64,000 nucleotides of DNA from Escherichia coli (GCF_003334305.1 NZ_QOWS01000017.1); one strand, 5' to 3'; shown: positions 30,362 through 41,510, counted from the stretch's first letter. Notes: generated by a model not told the origin, from the letters alone. Made by a program: numbers and translations.

Positions 30362-32395
30362 ATGACAGACCTTTCACACAGCAGGGAAAAGGACAAAATC
30401 AATCCGGTGGTGTTTTACACCTCCGCCGGACTGATTTTGTTGTTTTCCCTGACAACGATCCTGTTTCGCGACTTCTCGGCCCTGTGGATTGGCCGCACGC
30501 TGGACTGGGTTTCTAAAACCTTCGGTTGGTACTATCTACTGGCGGCAACGCTCTATATTGTCTTTGTGGTCTGTATCGCTTGTTCGCGTTTTGGTTCGGT
30601 GAAGCTCGGGCCAGAACAATCCAAACCGGAATTCAGCCTGCTGAGTTGGGCGGCGATGCTGTTTGCTGCCGGGATCGGTATCGACCTGATGTTCTTCTCC
30701 GTAGCCGAACCGGTAACGCAGTATATGCAGCCGCCGGAAGGCGCGGGACAGACGATTGAGGCCGCGCGTCAGGCGATGGTCTGGACGCTGTTTCACTACG
30801 GCTTAACCGGCTGGTCGATGTATGCGCTGATGGGCATGGCGCTCGGATACTTTAGCTATCGTTATAATTTGCCGCTCACCATCCGCTCGGCGCTGTACCC
30901 GATCTTCGGTAAACGGATTAACGGGCCGATAGGGCACTCAGTGGATATTGCAGCGGTGATCGGCACCATCTTCGGTATTGCCACTACGCTCGGTATCGGT
31001 GTGGTGCAGCTTAACTATGGCTTGAGCGTACTGTTTGATATTCCCGATTCGATGGCGGCAAAAGCGGCACTGATCGCCTTGTCGGTGATAATCGCCACGA
31101 TCTCTGTCACCTCCGGTGTCGATAAGGGGATTCGTGTGTTATCGGAACTTAACGTTGCGCTGGCGCTGGGATTGATCCTGTTCGTATTGTTTATGGGCGA
31201 CACCTCGTTCCTGCTTAATGCGCTGGTGCTGAATGTTGGCGACTATGTGAATCGCTTTATGGGCATGACGCTCAACAGTTTTGCCTTCGACCGTCCAGTT
31301 GAGTGGATGAATAACTGGACGCTCTTCTTCTGGGCATGGTGGGTGGCATGGTCGCCGTTTGTCGGCTTGTTCCTGGCGCGTATCTCGCGTGGGCGTACCA
31401 TTCGCCAGTTCGTGCTGGGCACGTTGATTATTCCGTTTACCTTCACGCTGTTATGGCTCTCGGTGTTCGGCAATAGCGCGCTGTATGAAATCATCCACGG
31501 CGGCGCGGCATTTGCCGAGGAAGCGATGGTCCATCCGGAGCGCGGCTTCTACAGCCTGCTGGCGCAGTATCCGGCGTTTACCTTTAGCGCCTCCGTCGCC
31601 ACCATTACTGGCCTGCTGTTTTATGTGACCTCGGCGGACTCCGGTGCGCTGGTGCTGGGGAATTTCACCTCGCAGCTTAAAGATATCAACAGCGACGCCC
31701 CCGGCTGGCTGCGCGTCTTCTGGTCGGTGGCGATTGGCCTGCTGACGCTCGGCATGCTGATGACCAACGGGATATCCGCGCTGCAAAACACCACGGTGAT
31801 TATGGGGCTGCCGTTCAGCTTTGTGATCTTCTTCGTGATGGCGGGGTTGTATAAATCTCTGAAGGTAGAAGATTACCGCCGTGAAAGTGCCAACCGCGAT
31901 ACCGCGCCGCGACCGCTGGGGCTTCAGGATCGCCTGAGCTGGAAAAAACGTCTCTCGCGCCTGATGAATTATCCGGGCACGCGTTACACTAAACAGATGA
32001 TGGAGACGGTCTGTTACCCGGCAATGGAAGAAGTGGCGCAGGAGCTGCGGTTGCGCGGCGCGTACGTGGAGCTAAAAAGCCTGCCGCCGGAAGAGGGACA
32101 ACAGTTGGGGCATCTGGATTTGTTGGTGCATATGGGCGAAGAACAAAACTTTGTCTATCAGATTTGGCCGCAGCAATATTCGGTGCCGGGCTTTACCTAC
32201 CGCGCACGTAGCGGTAAATCGACCTACTACCGGCTGGAAACCTTCCTATTAGAAGGCAGCCAGGGCAACGACCTGATGGACTACAGCAAAGAGCAGGTGA
32301 TCACCGATATTCTTGACCAGTACGAGCGGCACCTTAACTTTATTCATCTCCATCGTGAAGCGCCGGGCCATAGCGTGATGTTCCCGGACGCGTGA
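30362..32395 (+). CDS. betT: BetT high-affinity choline transporter (BCCT family), 677 aa
   Basis: Twelve-transmembrane BCCT-type protein with a long cytoplasmic C-terminal tail; divergent from betI. Confidence 0.9.
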   Translation: MTDLSHSREKDKINPVVFYTSAGLILLFSLTTILFRDFSALWIGRTLDWVSKTFGWYYLLAATLYIVFVVCIACSRFGSVKLGPEQSKPEFSLLSWAAMLFAAGIGIDLMFFSVAEPVTQYMQPPEGAGQTIEAARQAMVWTLFHYGLTGWSMYALMGMALGYFSYRYNLPLTIRSALYPIFGKRINGPIGHSVDIAAVIGTIFGIATTLGIGVVQLNYGLSVLFDIPDSMAAKAALIALSVIIATISVTSGVDKGIRVLSELNVALALGLILFVLFMGDTSFLLNALVLNVGDYVNRFMGMTLNSFAFDRPVEWMNNWTLFFWAWWVAWSPFVGLFLARISRGRTIRQFVLGTLIIPFTFTLLWLSVFGNSALYEIIHGGAAFAEEAMVHPERGFYSLLAQYPAFTFSASVATITGLLFYVTSADSGALVLGNFTSQLKDINSDAPGWLRVFWSVAIGLLTLGMLMTNGISALQNTTVIMGLPFSFVIFFVMAGLYKSLKVEDYRRESANRDTAPRPLGLQDRLSWKKRLSRLMNYPGTRYTKQMMETVCYPAMEEVAQELRLRGAYVELKSLPPEEGQQLGHLDLLVHMGEEQNFVYQIWPQQYSVPGFTYRARSGKSTYYRLETFLLEGSQGNDLMDYSKEQVITDILDQYERHLNFIHLHREAPGHSVMFPDA

Positions 32396-32967
32396 TTGTT
32401 TTTGCATAAAACCGCGCCATGTCTGCATATGGCGCGGGAATCATTGACTCGCTGTAAAAAATTATGCATATATTATATATGATTGTCATGTCATATCCTG
32501 AAATTCCTCTTGTATCACTTCATGACTTTATATTTTATTAATTAACGATTTTATTTTGTATTAGCTGAATGGATTCAGCCCTATAGAGTCATATATTTAT
32601 TAATAAGACGATTCTTATATTTGGATACCTAATAAGAGTTACCACTTTTACCGTCTGTATATTAAATGTATTCCTCCTGTTTTTGTTTATATTTTGAGTT
32701 GATTTGAGTTCCTGGATACATATAATGCGCAGGTATTAGAGACTGGGAGGAATGTAATGATAAAGTTAAGAGTGTTAACTTAAAATAAGTTTTCAGTAGT
32801 AACTTGCTATTTTATTACCCTCTGAACTACATACTCAGATATGTGGTTGCCAATGCTATGCAAAATTTTTGAATTTTTATATGCGATGAACAGTAACCAG
32901 AATGGCATTTAATGCGTTGCTGTTTATGCAATCTTGGTTTTATTTGGATGTATTGCTGGAGATTGTG

Positions 32968-35900
32968 ATGAATAAAATATATCGGCTAAAGTGGAACAGG
33001 TCCCGTAACTGTTGGAGCGTCTGCTCGGAGCTGGGGAGCAGAGTAAAAGGAAAAAAGTCCCGGGCTGTTTTAATTAGCGCGATAAGTTTATATTCATCTC
33101 TGGTATTCGCCGATGATGTCATCGTAAACCAGGATAAAGCTATTGATTTTGGCAAAGAGAACCAGAGCATCGATTACCGTATTACGGTGACTGACAATGC
33201 CAATCTGGTAATCAATACGACAGATACTTCCCGTCCGCGTCTGACTCTCGCTTCTGGTGGTGGGTTGGATATTACCGGAGGAAAGGTAACAATCAATGGC
33301 CCGCTTAACTTTTTGCTGAAAGGTACGGGGTTCCTGAATGTCTCCAATGCTGGCAGCGAGTTATATGCTGATGATTTGTATGAGTCAAACTCAGGCATGA
33401 GACATGATCAAGGCTATTTTAATGTCTCCAATGGCGGCAAAATTCATGTTAAGGGCACCAGTCGTCTGACTTATACGCAGGGGAATGTAAGCGGCGAAGG
33501 TAGTCAGGTAAATGCAGGGACCTTCTTTATGGGCGTTTACGGCGGATATGGCGGTAATCAGTTCCTGTCGGTTAATAACGGTGGTGAAGTTAATGCTCGT
33601 GAACATATTAGCCTGGGTTATTACGACCAACGTTCTGATACAACATTAGTCGTATCAGATGGAGGTAAAATATCCGCACCGAAAATTAGTTTAAGCACCA
33701 ACTCTGAGTTAGCGTTAGGTGCACAGGAAGGAAGTGCTGCGAAGGCTGCAGGGATTATTGATGCCGAAAAAATTGAGTTTGTGTGGGCAAAGACATCCGA
33801 TAAGAAAATCACCTTAAACCACACGGATAAAAACGCGACTATTTCCGCGGATATTGTCAGTGGCAGCGAGGGCCTGGGCTATATCAATGCGCTCAATGGC
33901 ACGACTTACTTAACCGGTGATAACTCTGCCTTTAGTGGTAAAGTCAAAATTGAGCAAAATGGCGCTTTAGGGATCACCAAAAATATAGGTACAGCAGAGA
34001 TCAACAACCGCGGGAAATTACACCTGAAGGCTGACGATAGCATGACCTTTGCCAATAAGATTTCCGGCAATGGTACAATAAGTATCGACAGTGGGACAGT
34101 GGCACTGACCGGCAATAACTATGCATTCAGCGGATATATTGATGTCGCTTCTGGTGCTGTCGCGGTTATTTCTGAAGACAAGAACATCGGCCGTGCGGAC
34201 CTGGATGTTGATGGCAAACTGCAAATCAATGCCAATAAAGATTGGGTATTTGATAACGATCTTCAAGGTAGAGGTATTGTTGAAATAAACATGGGGAATC
34301 ACGAATTCTCCTTCGATGAGTTTGCTTATACAGACTGGTTCCAGGGTTCACTGGCGTTCCAGAACACGACATTTAACCTGGAAAAGAATGCTGAGTTTCT
34401 GCAGAGAGGCGGGATCACTGCGGGTCAGGGAAGCCTGGTAACAGTGGGTAAGGGCGCTCACTCCATTAGCACTTTGGGATTCTCCGGCGGAACCGTTGAT
34501 TTTGGTGCCCTGACAGCAGGTGCACAGATGACAGAAGGGACGGTCAACGTTAGTAAAACGCTGGATTTGCGCGGCGAGGGTGTGATTCAGGTTTCTGACA
34601 GTGACGTTGTAAGCTCAGTATCTCGTGATATTGACTCTGCGTTATCGCTCACTGAAGTCGATGATGGTAACAGCACCATTAAGTTGGTTGATGCGCAAGG
34701 TGCGGAAGTTCTGGGCGATGCGGGCAATCTGCAATTGCAGGATAAAAATGGGCAAATCCTCTCCAGCAGTGCCCAACGTGATATTCAGCAGAATGGGCAA
34801 AAAGCGGCCGTCGGCACTTACGACTATCGTCTGACGAGTGGGGTAAACAATGACGGTCTGTATATCGGTTACGGCCTGACCCAGCTTGATTTACACGCTA
34901 CCGACAGCGATGCTCTGGTGCTGAGCTCTAACGGTAAAAGCGAGAATGCCGCCGATCTCAGCGCAAAGATTACCGGCAGTGGTGACCTGGCATTCAGCAG
35001 CCAGAAGGGTCAGACCGTATCGCTTTCTAACAAAGACAACGACTATACCGGTGTTACCGATCTGCGCAGTGGGACGCTTTTGTTGAATAACGATAACGTG
35101 TTGGGTAATACCCATGAACTGCGTCTGGCGGCAGAGACTGAACTGGATATGAATGGTCACAGCCAGACCGTGGGCACGCTCAATGGCAGCGCCGATTCAC
35201 TGCTGAGCTTAAATGGCGGCAGTCTGACGGTTACCAACGGGGGCACTTCAACCGGTTCGTTAACGGGGAGCGGAGAGCTGAATATTCAGGGCGGCACGCT
35301 GGACATCGCGGGCGATAACAGCAACCTGACAGCGAATGTGAACATTGCTAATTCGGCTAATGTCCTGGTAAGTCATGCGCAGGGATTGGGTAGCGCAAAC
35401 GTTGAGAACAACGGTACCCTGGCGTTGAATAATAGCGCTGAAAAAAGAGCGGCTGCGTCTGTGAATTACACCCTGGGCGGCAATCTGACCAACAACGGTA
35501 CGCTGATGACCGGAATGTCAGGACAGCAAGCTGGCAATGTGTTAGTGGTGAAGGGGAACTACCACGGTAATAACGGTCAACTAGTAATGAATACGGTACT
35601 GAATGGCGATGACTCAGTAACCGATAAATTGGTTGTCGAGGGCGATACTAGCGGCACGACTGCCGTTACGGTGAATAACGCTGGCGGTACAGGTGCGAAA
35701 ACCCTTAACGGTATCGAACTTATCCATGTAGACGGTAAGTCTGAGGGCGAATTTGTTCAGGCTGGTCGTATCGTTGCGGGGGCGTATGACTACACTCTCG
35801 CGCGTGGACAAGGGGCAAATAGTGGTAACTGGTATCTGACCAGCGGCAGTGATTCTCCTGAACTGCAGCCGGAGCCAGACCCGATGCCGAATCCGGAGCC

Positions 35901-36951
35901 AAACCCGAATCCAGAGCCGAACCCTAACCCGACACCTACGCCGGGTCCGGATCTGAATGTGGATAATGACCTGCGACCGGAGGCGGGTAGCTACATTGCG
36001 AACCTTGCAGCAGCGAATACAATGTTCACCACGCGTCTGCATGAGCGTCTGGGTAATACGTACTATACCGACATGGTGACGGGTGAGCAGAAACAAACCA
36101 CTATGTGGATGCGCCATGAAGGTGGTCATAATAAATGGCGTGATGGCAGCGGCCAGCTGAAAACCCAAAGCAATCGCTATGTTCTGCAACTGGGAGGCGA
36201 TGTCGCGCAGTGGAGCCAAAACGGCAGCGACAGCTGGCATGTTGGGGTCATGGCGGGATATGGCAACAGCGACAGCAAAACCATTTCCTCGCGAACCGGT
36301 TATCGTGCAAAAGCGAGTGTGAACGGATATAGCACCGGCCTCTATGCCACCTGGTATGCCGATGACGAGTCGCGTAATGGCGCGTATCTCGACAGTTGGG
36401 CGCAGTACAGCTGGTTTGATAACACAGTGAAAGGGGATGACTTACAAAGTGAATCCTATAAATCAAAAGGATTTACCGCTTCACTGGAAGCTGGATACAA
36501 ACACAAATTAGCTGAATTTAATGGCAGCCAGGGAACGCGTAATGAATGGTATGTTCAGCCGCAAGCACAGGTTACCTGGATGGGAGTCAAAGCCGATAAG
36601 CACCGCGAAAGCAACGGAACCCTCGTTCATAGCAACGGTGATGGCAATGTTCAAACCCGACTTGGCGTAAAAACCTGGCTGAAGAGCCACCATAAAATGG
36701 ATGACGGTAAATCCCGCGAGTTCCAGCCGTTTGTAGAAGTGAACTGGCTGCATAACAGTAAGGATTTCAGCACCAGTATGGATGGCGTGTCCGTCACTCA
36801 GGATGGAGCCCGAAATATTGCTGAGATAAAAACCGGGGTGGAAGGACAGCTAAATGCCAACCTGAATGTCTGGGGGAATGTGGGCGTTCAGGTTGCCGAT
36901 AGGGGATATAATGACACCTCTGCAATGGTTGGCATTAAGTGGCAATTCTGA
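32968..36951 (+). CDS. ehaA: AIDA-I-type autotransporter adhesin EhaA, 1327 aa
   Basis: Extended signal peptide region (MNKIYRLKWNRSRNCWSVCSELGSR...), long repetitive passenger, Pro-rich linker (PEPDPMPNPEPNPNPEPNPNPTPTPGP) and C-terminal beta-barrel ending ...MVGIKWQF; locus directly after betT. Start placed at the Met 22 codons into the track ORF. Confidence 0.75.
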   Translation: MNKIYRLKWNRSRNCWSVCSELGSRVKGKKSRAVLISAISLYSSLVFADDVIVNQDKAIDFGKENQSIDYRITVTDNANLVINTTDTSRPRLTLASGGGLDITGGKVTINGPLNFLLKGTGFLNVSNAGSELYADDLYESNSGMRHDQGYFNVSNGGKIHVKGTSRLTYTQGNVSGEGSQVNAGTFFMGVYGGYGGNQFLSVNNGGEVNAREHISLGYYDQRSDTTLVVSDGGKISAPKISLSTNSELALGAQEGSAAKAAGIIDAEKIEFVWAKTSDKKITLNHTDKNATISADIVSGSEGLGYINALNGTTYLTGDNSAFSGKVKIEQNGALGITKNIGTAEINNRGKLHLKADDSMTFANKISGNGTISIDSGTVALTGNNYAFSGYIDVASGAVAVISEDKNIGRADLDVDGKLQINANKDWVFDNDLQGRGIVEINMGNHEFSFDEFAYTDWFQGSLAFQNTTFNLEKNAEFLQRGGITAGQGSLVTVGKGAHSISTLGFSGGTVDFGALTAGAQMTEGTVNVSKTLDLRGEGVIQVSDSDVVSSVSRDIDSALSLTEVDDGNSTIKLVDAQGAEVLGDAGNLQLQDKNGQILSSSAQRDIQQNGQKAAVGTYDYRLTSGVNNDGLYIGYGLTQLDLHATDSDALVLSSNGKSENAADLSAKITGSGDLAFSSQKGQTVSLSNKDNDYTGVTDLRSGTLLLNNDNVLGNTHELRLAAETELDMNGHSQTVGTLNGSADSLLSLNGGSLTVTNGGTSTGSLTGSGELNIQGGTLDIAGDNSNLTANVNIANSANVLVSHAQGLGSANVENNGTLALNNSAEKRAAASVNYTLGGNLTNNGTLMTGMSGQQAGNVLVVKGNYHGNNGQLVMNTVLNGDDSVTDKLVVEGDTSGTTAVTVNNAGGTGAKTLNGIELIHVDGKSEGEFVQAGRIVAGAYDYTLARGQGANSGNWYLTSGSDSPELQPEPDPMPNPEPNPNPEPNPNPTPTPGPDLNVDNDLRPEAGSYIANLAAANTMFTTRLHERLGNTYYTDMVTGEQKQTTMWMRHEGGHNKWRDGSGQLKTQSNRYVLQLGGDVAQWSQNGSDSWHVGVMAGYGNSDSKTISSRTGYRAKASVNGYSTGLYATWYADDESRNGAYLDSWAQYSWFDNTVKGDDLQSESYKSKGFTASLEAGYKHKLAEFNGSQGTRNEWYVQPQAQVTWMGVKADKHRESNGTLVHSNGDGNVQTRLGVKTWLKSHHKMDDGKSREFQPFVEVNWLHNSKDFSTSMDGVSVTQDGARNIAEIKTGVEGQLNANLNVWGNVGVQVADRGYNDTSAMVGIKWQF

Positions 36952-36973
36952 TCTGAATAATGAGTAAAAGGAG

Positions 36974-37018
36974 AGAGAGCCGAACGGGAGATAATTCGGC
37001 TCTCTGTGTCATTTTCTT
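36974..37018 (+). terminator. Intrinsic terminator downstream of ehaA
   Basis: Stem agagagccgaa (36974-36984) / ttcggctctct (36995-37005) followed by a T-rich run (gtgtcattttcttg). Confidence 0.6.
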
Positions 37019-37092
37019 GCAGCCAGCTTTATCAGTCAGAGTGAAGACTCGCAGATTTAGCTGGCGCACAAGATTTAATCAAGGTGTGTTCA

Positions 37093-38181
37093 ATGGCTTC
37101 GCATGATTTGAGTGTTTTTTTGGAAGAGTTCGGGGCAACGGTGAATTTGACGTTGCCTGGTATCGTGTCCGAAAAAGAACGGCTTTTACTCAAGCTGCTA
37201 ATGGAGGGAATGTCGGTTACAGAAATCTCACAGTACAGAAATCGCAGTGCAAAGACAATTTCACATCAAAAGAAGCAGCTGTATGAAAAACTAGGCATCC
37301 AGAGTGATATTACCTTCTGGCGGGATATCTTTTTTCAATATCATCCGCAAGTCATCAGTGGCACGGGAAATAAAAATAATTTTTATATCCCTGATAACCG
37401 TTGTCACCATATCGTCACGCCTGAAGCCATCAGTCTGGCGTTGGAAAACCACGAATTCAAACCGTGGATCCAACCGGTTTTCTGCGCGCAGACTGGGGTA
37501 CTGACGGGCTGTGAGGTACTTGTCCGCTGGGAACATCCACAAACGGGAATTATCCCACCGGATCAGTTTATTCCTCTGGCGGAGTCATCCGGTCTTATTG
37601 TCATAATGACCCGCCAACTGATGAAACAGACTGCGGATATTCTGATGCCGGTAAAACATTTGCTGCCGGACAATTTCCATATTGGCATCAACGTCTCGGC
37701 GGGTTGTTTTTTGGCAGCGGGATTTGAAAAAGAGTGTCTGAACCTGGTTAAGAAATTAGGTAACGATAAAATCAAGCTGGTTCTCGAGCTAACGGAACGT
37801 AATCCTATTCCGGTAACGCCAGAAGCCAGAGCGATATTTGACAGCCTTCATCAGCACAACATTACCTTTGCGCTGGATGACTTTGGTACGGGTTATGCGA
37901 CCTATCGTTACTTGCAGGCGTTCCCGGTCGATTTTATTAAGATCGATAAGTCATTTGTGCAAATGGCGAGTGTCGACGAAATCTCCGGTCATATTGTGGA
38001 CAATATTGTCGAACTAGCGCGTAAGCCTGGTCTGAGTATCGTGGCGGAAGGGGTAGAAACCCAGGAGCAGGCGGATTTAATGATCGGTAAAGGCGTTCAC
38101 TTTTTGCAGGGCTATTTGTACTCTCCGCCAGTACCGGGTAATAAATTTATCTCTGAATGGGTAATGAAAGCAGGTGGTTGA
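37093..38181 (+). CDS. pdeL: PdeL (YahA) c-di-GMP phosphodiesterase with LuxR-type HTH and EAL domain, 362 aa
   Basis: N-terminal LuxR helix-turn-helix (LLMEGMSVTEISQYRNRSAKTISHQKKQLYEKLGI) and C-terminal EAL domain (ELTERNP, DDFGTGYATYRYL); start taken at the ATG at 37093. Confidence 0.9.
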   Translation: MASHDLSVFLEEFGATVNLTLPGIVSEKERLLLKLLMEGMSVTEISQYRNRSAKTISHQKKQLYEKLGIQSDITFWRDIFFQYHPQVISGTGNKNNFYIPDNRCHHIVTPEAISLALENHEFKPWIQPVFCAQTGVLTGCEVLVRWEHPQTGIIPPDQFIPLAESSGLIVIMTRQLMKQTADILMPVKHLLPDNFHIGINVSAGCFLAAGFEKECLNLVKKLGNDKIKLVLELTERNPIPVTPEARAIFDSLHQHNITFALDDFGTGYATYRYLQAFPVDFIKIDKSFVQMASVDEISGHIVDNIVELARKPGLSIVAEGVETQEQADLMIGKGVHFLQGYLYSPPVPGNKFISEWVMKAGG

Positions 38182-38222
38182 TGTAAACCGCTATTCACAG
38201 CGCATCGGGAGGTTGGCAGCGA

Positions 38223-39155
38223 TTAATTCTCCCGATGCAGTAAATCCTGATAGATCCCCGTTAATATGCCATTTGGCGCAAATTGTTTTTTAATCCACTG
38301 CGTCACCTGACCCGTAGCAGAATGCTGAGTCGCCAGTAACATGCGCGAATCCTGGCGCGGATTATGGATTTGTCGGGTAACCAGCAGGGATTGCGTCATC
38401 GCCTCACGGACCATGTAATCCGGCAAAAAACCAATTCCTTCACCTAAAATCTGGCACTGACATTTGGTGTTGAAATCTGGCACCAGAATTGACTCCTGCC
38501 CGTGCAGCAACCAGCCCACTTTTTTATTAATCGTATGCGCGGTGTCCTCCACCATAATATTAGGGTAGAGACGCAGTTGGCTTTCGGCGATGGGTTCCGG
38601 CACAAAGGCTAACGGGTGATCCGGGGCGATAGCAAAAGCCCAGCGAATCGCGCCAATTTCAGTGTAATCAATACCGCCGCCGTCCAGTAGTGTATCGGGT
38701 GCGCCGATGGCGATATTGGCCTGATTATTAATAATCGCATCCCAGACGCCGTTATACACTTCGGTGGTGACGGTAATCTGGCAGGTAGGAAACTGCTTTT
38801 TCAGCACCTGTAACAAGCGTGCGGTGTGTTTGGGCGTATAAAGCAGCTGATTAATACAAATGCGCACACGTGCTTCTATGCCCTGCGAAATAGTATCGAT
38901 ACTGCGTTTGATGGCGTGAAAATCATTCAGCAGGTCGGTAGCTTTGCGGAAAAAATAACGCCCGGACTCCGTTAACTCAATGCTGCGGGTACTGCGAGTG
39001 AACAGCACCACATCCAGCCCCGTCTCCATACGCTTGATGGTGTAGCTAATGGCGGAAGTGGTTAAACCCAACTCTTCTGCGGCTTTACTGAAGCTGCCAA
39101 AACGCGCAGCGGTAGTAAATGCCAACAGATTCTCTTCGGTAAAAATTGAGTTCAT
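38223..39155 (-). CDS. yahB: YahB LysR-family transcriptional regulator, 310 aa
   Basis: LysR N-terminal helix-turn-helix (FTTAARFGSFSKAAEELGLTTSAISYTIKRME); divergent from the yahD operon. Confidence 0.85.
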   Translation of the reverse strand: MNSIFTEENLLAFTTAARFGSFSKAAEELGLTTSAISYTIKRMETGLDVVLFTRSTRSIELTESGRYFFRKATDLLNDFHAIKRSIDTISQGIEARVRICINQLLYTPKHTARLLQVLKKQFPTCQITVTTEVYNGVWDAIINNQANIAIGAPDTLLDGGGIDYTEIGAIRWAFAIAPDHPLAFVPEPIAESQLRLYPNIMVEDTAHTINKKVGWLLHGQESILVPDFNTKCQCQILGEGIGFLPDYMVREAMTQSLLVTRQIHNPRQDSRMLLATQHSATGQVTQWIKKQFAPNGILTGIYQDLLHREN

Positions 39156-39246
39156 TAAACCATTCTCGCCATTATCTACTATGAATTTCTCCAGCTATGA
39201 CTGTAGAGGTATCGGTTAAAGATAGATAATCATTTTTGAATAACTT

Positions 39247-39744
39247 TTAATACCCGTCGCGTTTAGTCGTCGCTTCGCTTAATTTTTGTCCACCATATTC
39301 TGAAATTATCCCCACGCAGTTACCCGCCAGAAAACCCAGTAACGTCACCGTCCAGTTCATCCCGCTGGCAAAAAACAGCGTCATGCCGAGAAAGCCACCG
39401 GGAATAAAGGACAGTAACCAGAAACGCCCTTGCCAGACCACTACCGCCGAGAAGGGTACGGTAGTAATTACGCTCGCCCAGAACGCGGACAGTCCACTTA
39501 CAGAGGCCAGCCAACCGGCAGCCAGCGCGGCGAAAAATGCCCACACCATCCCGGAATAATTAACCGCCAGACTTCTGATAAACCCCGATTTACCGCCGCC
39601 TGCGGCATAAAAACTGCAAAAGGCGACGAAGCCAATGGTTCCTAATAATTCCCATCCCTGAGAGAGCCCGACATGTGAAGACACTAACTGCCAAAGCCCT
39701 GCACAAATACCGACGGTGACACCCGTTGCCGTGAGTCCGTTCAT
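39247..39744 (-). CDS. yahC: YahC membrane protein, 165 aa
   Basis: Polytopic hydrophobic protein; K-12 order yahB-yahC. Confidence 0.8.
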   Translation of the reverse strand: MNGLTATGVTVGICAGLWQLVSSHVGLSQGWELLGTIGFVAFCSFYAAGGGKSGFIRSLAVNYSGMVWAFFAALAAGWLASVSGLSAFWASVITTVPFSAVVVWQGRFWLLSFIPGGFLGMTLFFASGMNWTVTLLGFLAGNCVGIISEYGGQKLSEATTKRDGY

Positions 39745-40001
39745 CTTGTTCCCCTCTGGTTAGACATGGACGAAAGCTACTCTTACATGTGCAGACTATA
39801 GAGAAATAAAACCTGATTGAGTGAAAGGGTATCGGGTCAAAGAAACAAATATTGCACTACCGCACACTGCGAAAAGATTGTTGAACATCATTCAACAAAA
39901 AGGCGAAATACAGCGAATTAAATTTAAGCGGGTTCTTTTATCAGATTATCGTTGCTATTCTCAATTCATCGAAAACAGCCACAAAAACCAGGGGAATGTG
40001 A

Positions 40002-40607
40002 ATGAGTATAAAAAATCTACCTGCCGACTATTTATTGGCTGCACAACAGGGTGATATCGATAAAGTAAAAACCTGCCTTGCGCTGGGTGTCGATATTAAT
40101 ACCTGCGATCGTCAGGGGAAAACGGCAATTACGCTGGCAAGTTTATATCAGCAATATGCTTGCGTTCAGGCATTAATTGATGCCGGAGCGGATATTAATA
40201 AGCAAGATCATACCTGTTTAAATCCTTTTTTAATTAGCTGTCTGAACGATGATTTAACGCTACTACGAATTATTTTACCGGCTAAACCCGATCTTAATTG
40301 CGTAACCCGTTTTGGCGGTGTCGGCCTGACGCCTGCCTGTGAAAAAGGCCATTTAAGTATTGTAAAAGAGCTTTTGGCGCATACGGAGATTAACGTTAAC
40401 CAGACCAACCATGTAGGCTGGACGCCGCTACTGGAAGCGATTGTGCTTAATGATGGTGGTATTAAACAGCAGGCGATTGTGCAGTTATTGCTGGAACACG
40501 GTGCCAGCCCGCATCTGACCGATAAATATGGCAAAACGCCACTGGAACTGGCGCGGGAACGGGGCTTTGAAGAGATTGCGCAGTTACTGATTGCCGCAGG
40601 TGCATAA
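40002..40607 (+). CDS. yahD: YahD ankyrin-repeat protein, 201 aa
   Basis: Ankyrin repeats (GKTAITLASLYQQYACVQALIDAGADIN...; GWTPLLEAIV...LLLEHGASP). Confidence 0.85.
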   Translation: MSIKNLPADYLLAAQQGDIDKVKTCLALGVDINTCDRQGKTAITLASLYQQYACVQALIDAGADINKQDHTCLNPFLISCLNDDLTLLRIILPAKPDLNCVTRFGGVGLTPACEKGHLSIVKELLAHTEINVNQTNHVGWTPLLEAIVLNDGGIKQQAIVQLLLEHGASPHLTDKYGKTPLELARERGFEEIAQLLIAAGA

Positions 40608-40646
40608 ACCGGGAGGCTTGCTATCAACACACCAGAAAGACGGTGT

Positions 40647-41510
40647 GTGTGGGCGCTAACTGCGGATGCGGATTTTCTGGCGCAGCGGGGGCAAGGACAG
40701 GTTGAACAGGTCTTTGCCAGAGCGGTAAATATCGCACTCCCGGCTCGCCAGCAGTTGCTGACGCTGCTTTGTGAAGAGTACGACAATGCGCCAAACAGTT
40801 GTCGGTTGGCACTCACTCACTTTGATGATCTGTTCCGGCATGGTGATAAGGTTCAGTTTGACGATCAAGGTATTACGGTTGGTCAACATCTTCATATAGA
40901 GATGAGTCGTTGTCGGCGTTGGCTGTCCCCAACCTTGCAAATGACCGCTGTGAATTTTCACCTTATCGCCTGGCTACAGTGGCACGACATTATTCATCAG
41001 CACCTGGGGGAAAATGAAACCCTGTTTAATTATCGCGGCGATAATCCGTTTTATCAGGCGTTAAATAAAGAACTACATATTAAACGACGGGCAGTTATTC
41101 AGGCAGTAAACGAAAAACAAAATATCGCCGCAGCGGTCGCCAGTATGATTGGGTTAGGGATTGGCCTTACGCCATCAGCCGACGATTATTTAACAGGTCT
41201 GGCGCTTATTTTATTTATTCCCGGGCATCCGTCGGAAAAATACAAAGAGGAATTTTATCTCGGTATGCAGCGCGGCAGAAATAACACCACATTATTAAGT
41301 GCTATAACGCTGGAAGCCGCATTACAACAACGTTGCCGGGAAAATATTCATCGTTTTATTCACAACATTATTTATGACATCCCTGGGAACGCAACTCAGG
41401 CAATAGAAAAAATTAAACATATTGGCTCCAGTTCCGGCTGCGACATGCTGTATGGCATGGCCGATGGTTGTGCGCTGAGCCAAACCTACGGAGGGAATTA
41501 TGTCAGTTAA
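40647..41510 (+). CDS. yahE: YahE (DUF2877-type) protein, 287 aa
   Basis: 287-aa ORF whose end overlaps the yahF start by 11 nt; family assignment from recalled annotation. Confidence 0.8.
   Translation: MWALTADADFLAQRGQGQVEQVFARAVNIALPARQQLLTLLCEEYDNAPNSCRLALTHFDDLFRHGDKVQFDDQGITVGQHLHIEMSRCRRWLSPTLQMTAVNFHLIAWLQWHDIIHQHLGENETLFNYRGDNPFYQALNKELHIKRRAVIQAVNEKQNIAAAVASMIGLGIGLTPSADDYLTGLALILFIPGHPSEKYKEEFYLGMQRGRNNTTLLSAITLEAALQQRCRENIHRFIHNIIYDIPGNATQAIEKIKHIGSSSGCDMLYGMADGCALSQTYGGNYVS

Noticed and set aside
33174-36753. Minus-strand ORFs inside ehaA (for example 35614-36240, 208 aa)
   Set aside because: Antisense to the autotransporter coding sequence, Arg/Cys-rich low-complexity translations, no ribosome-binding sites.
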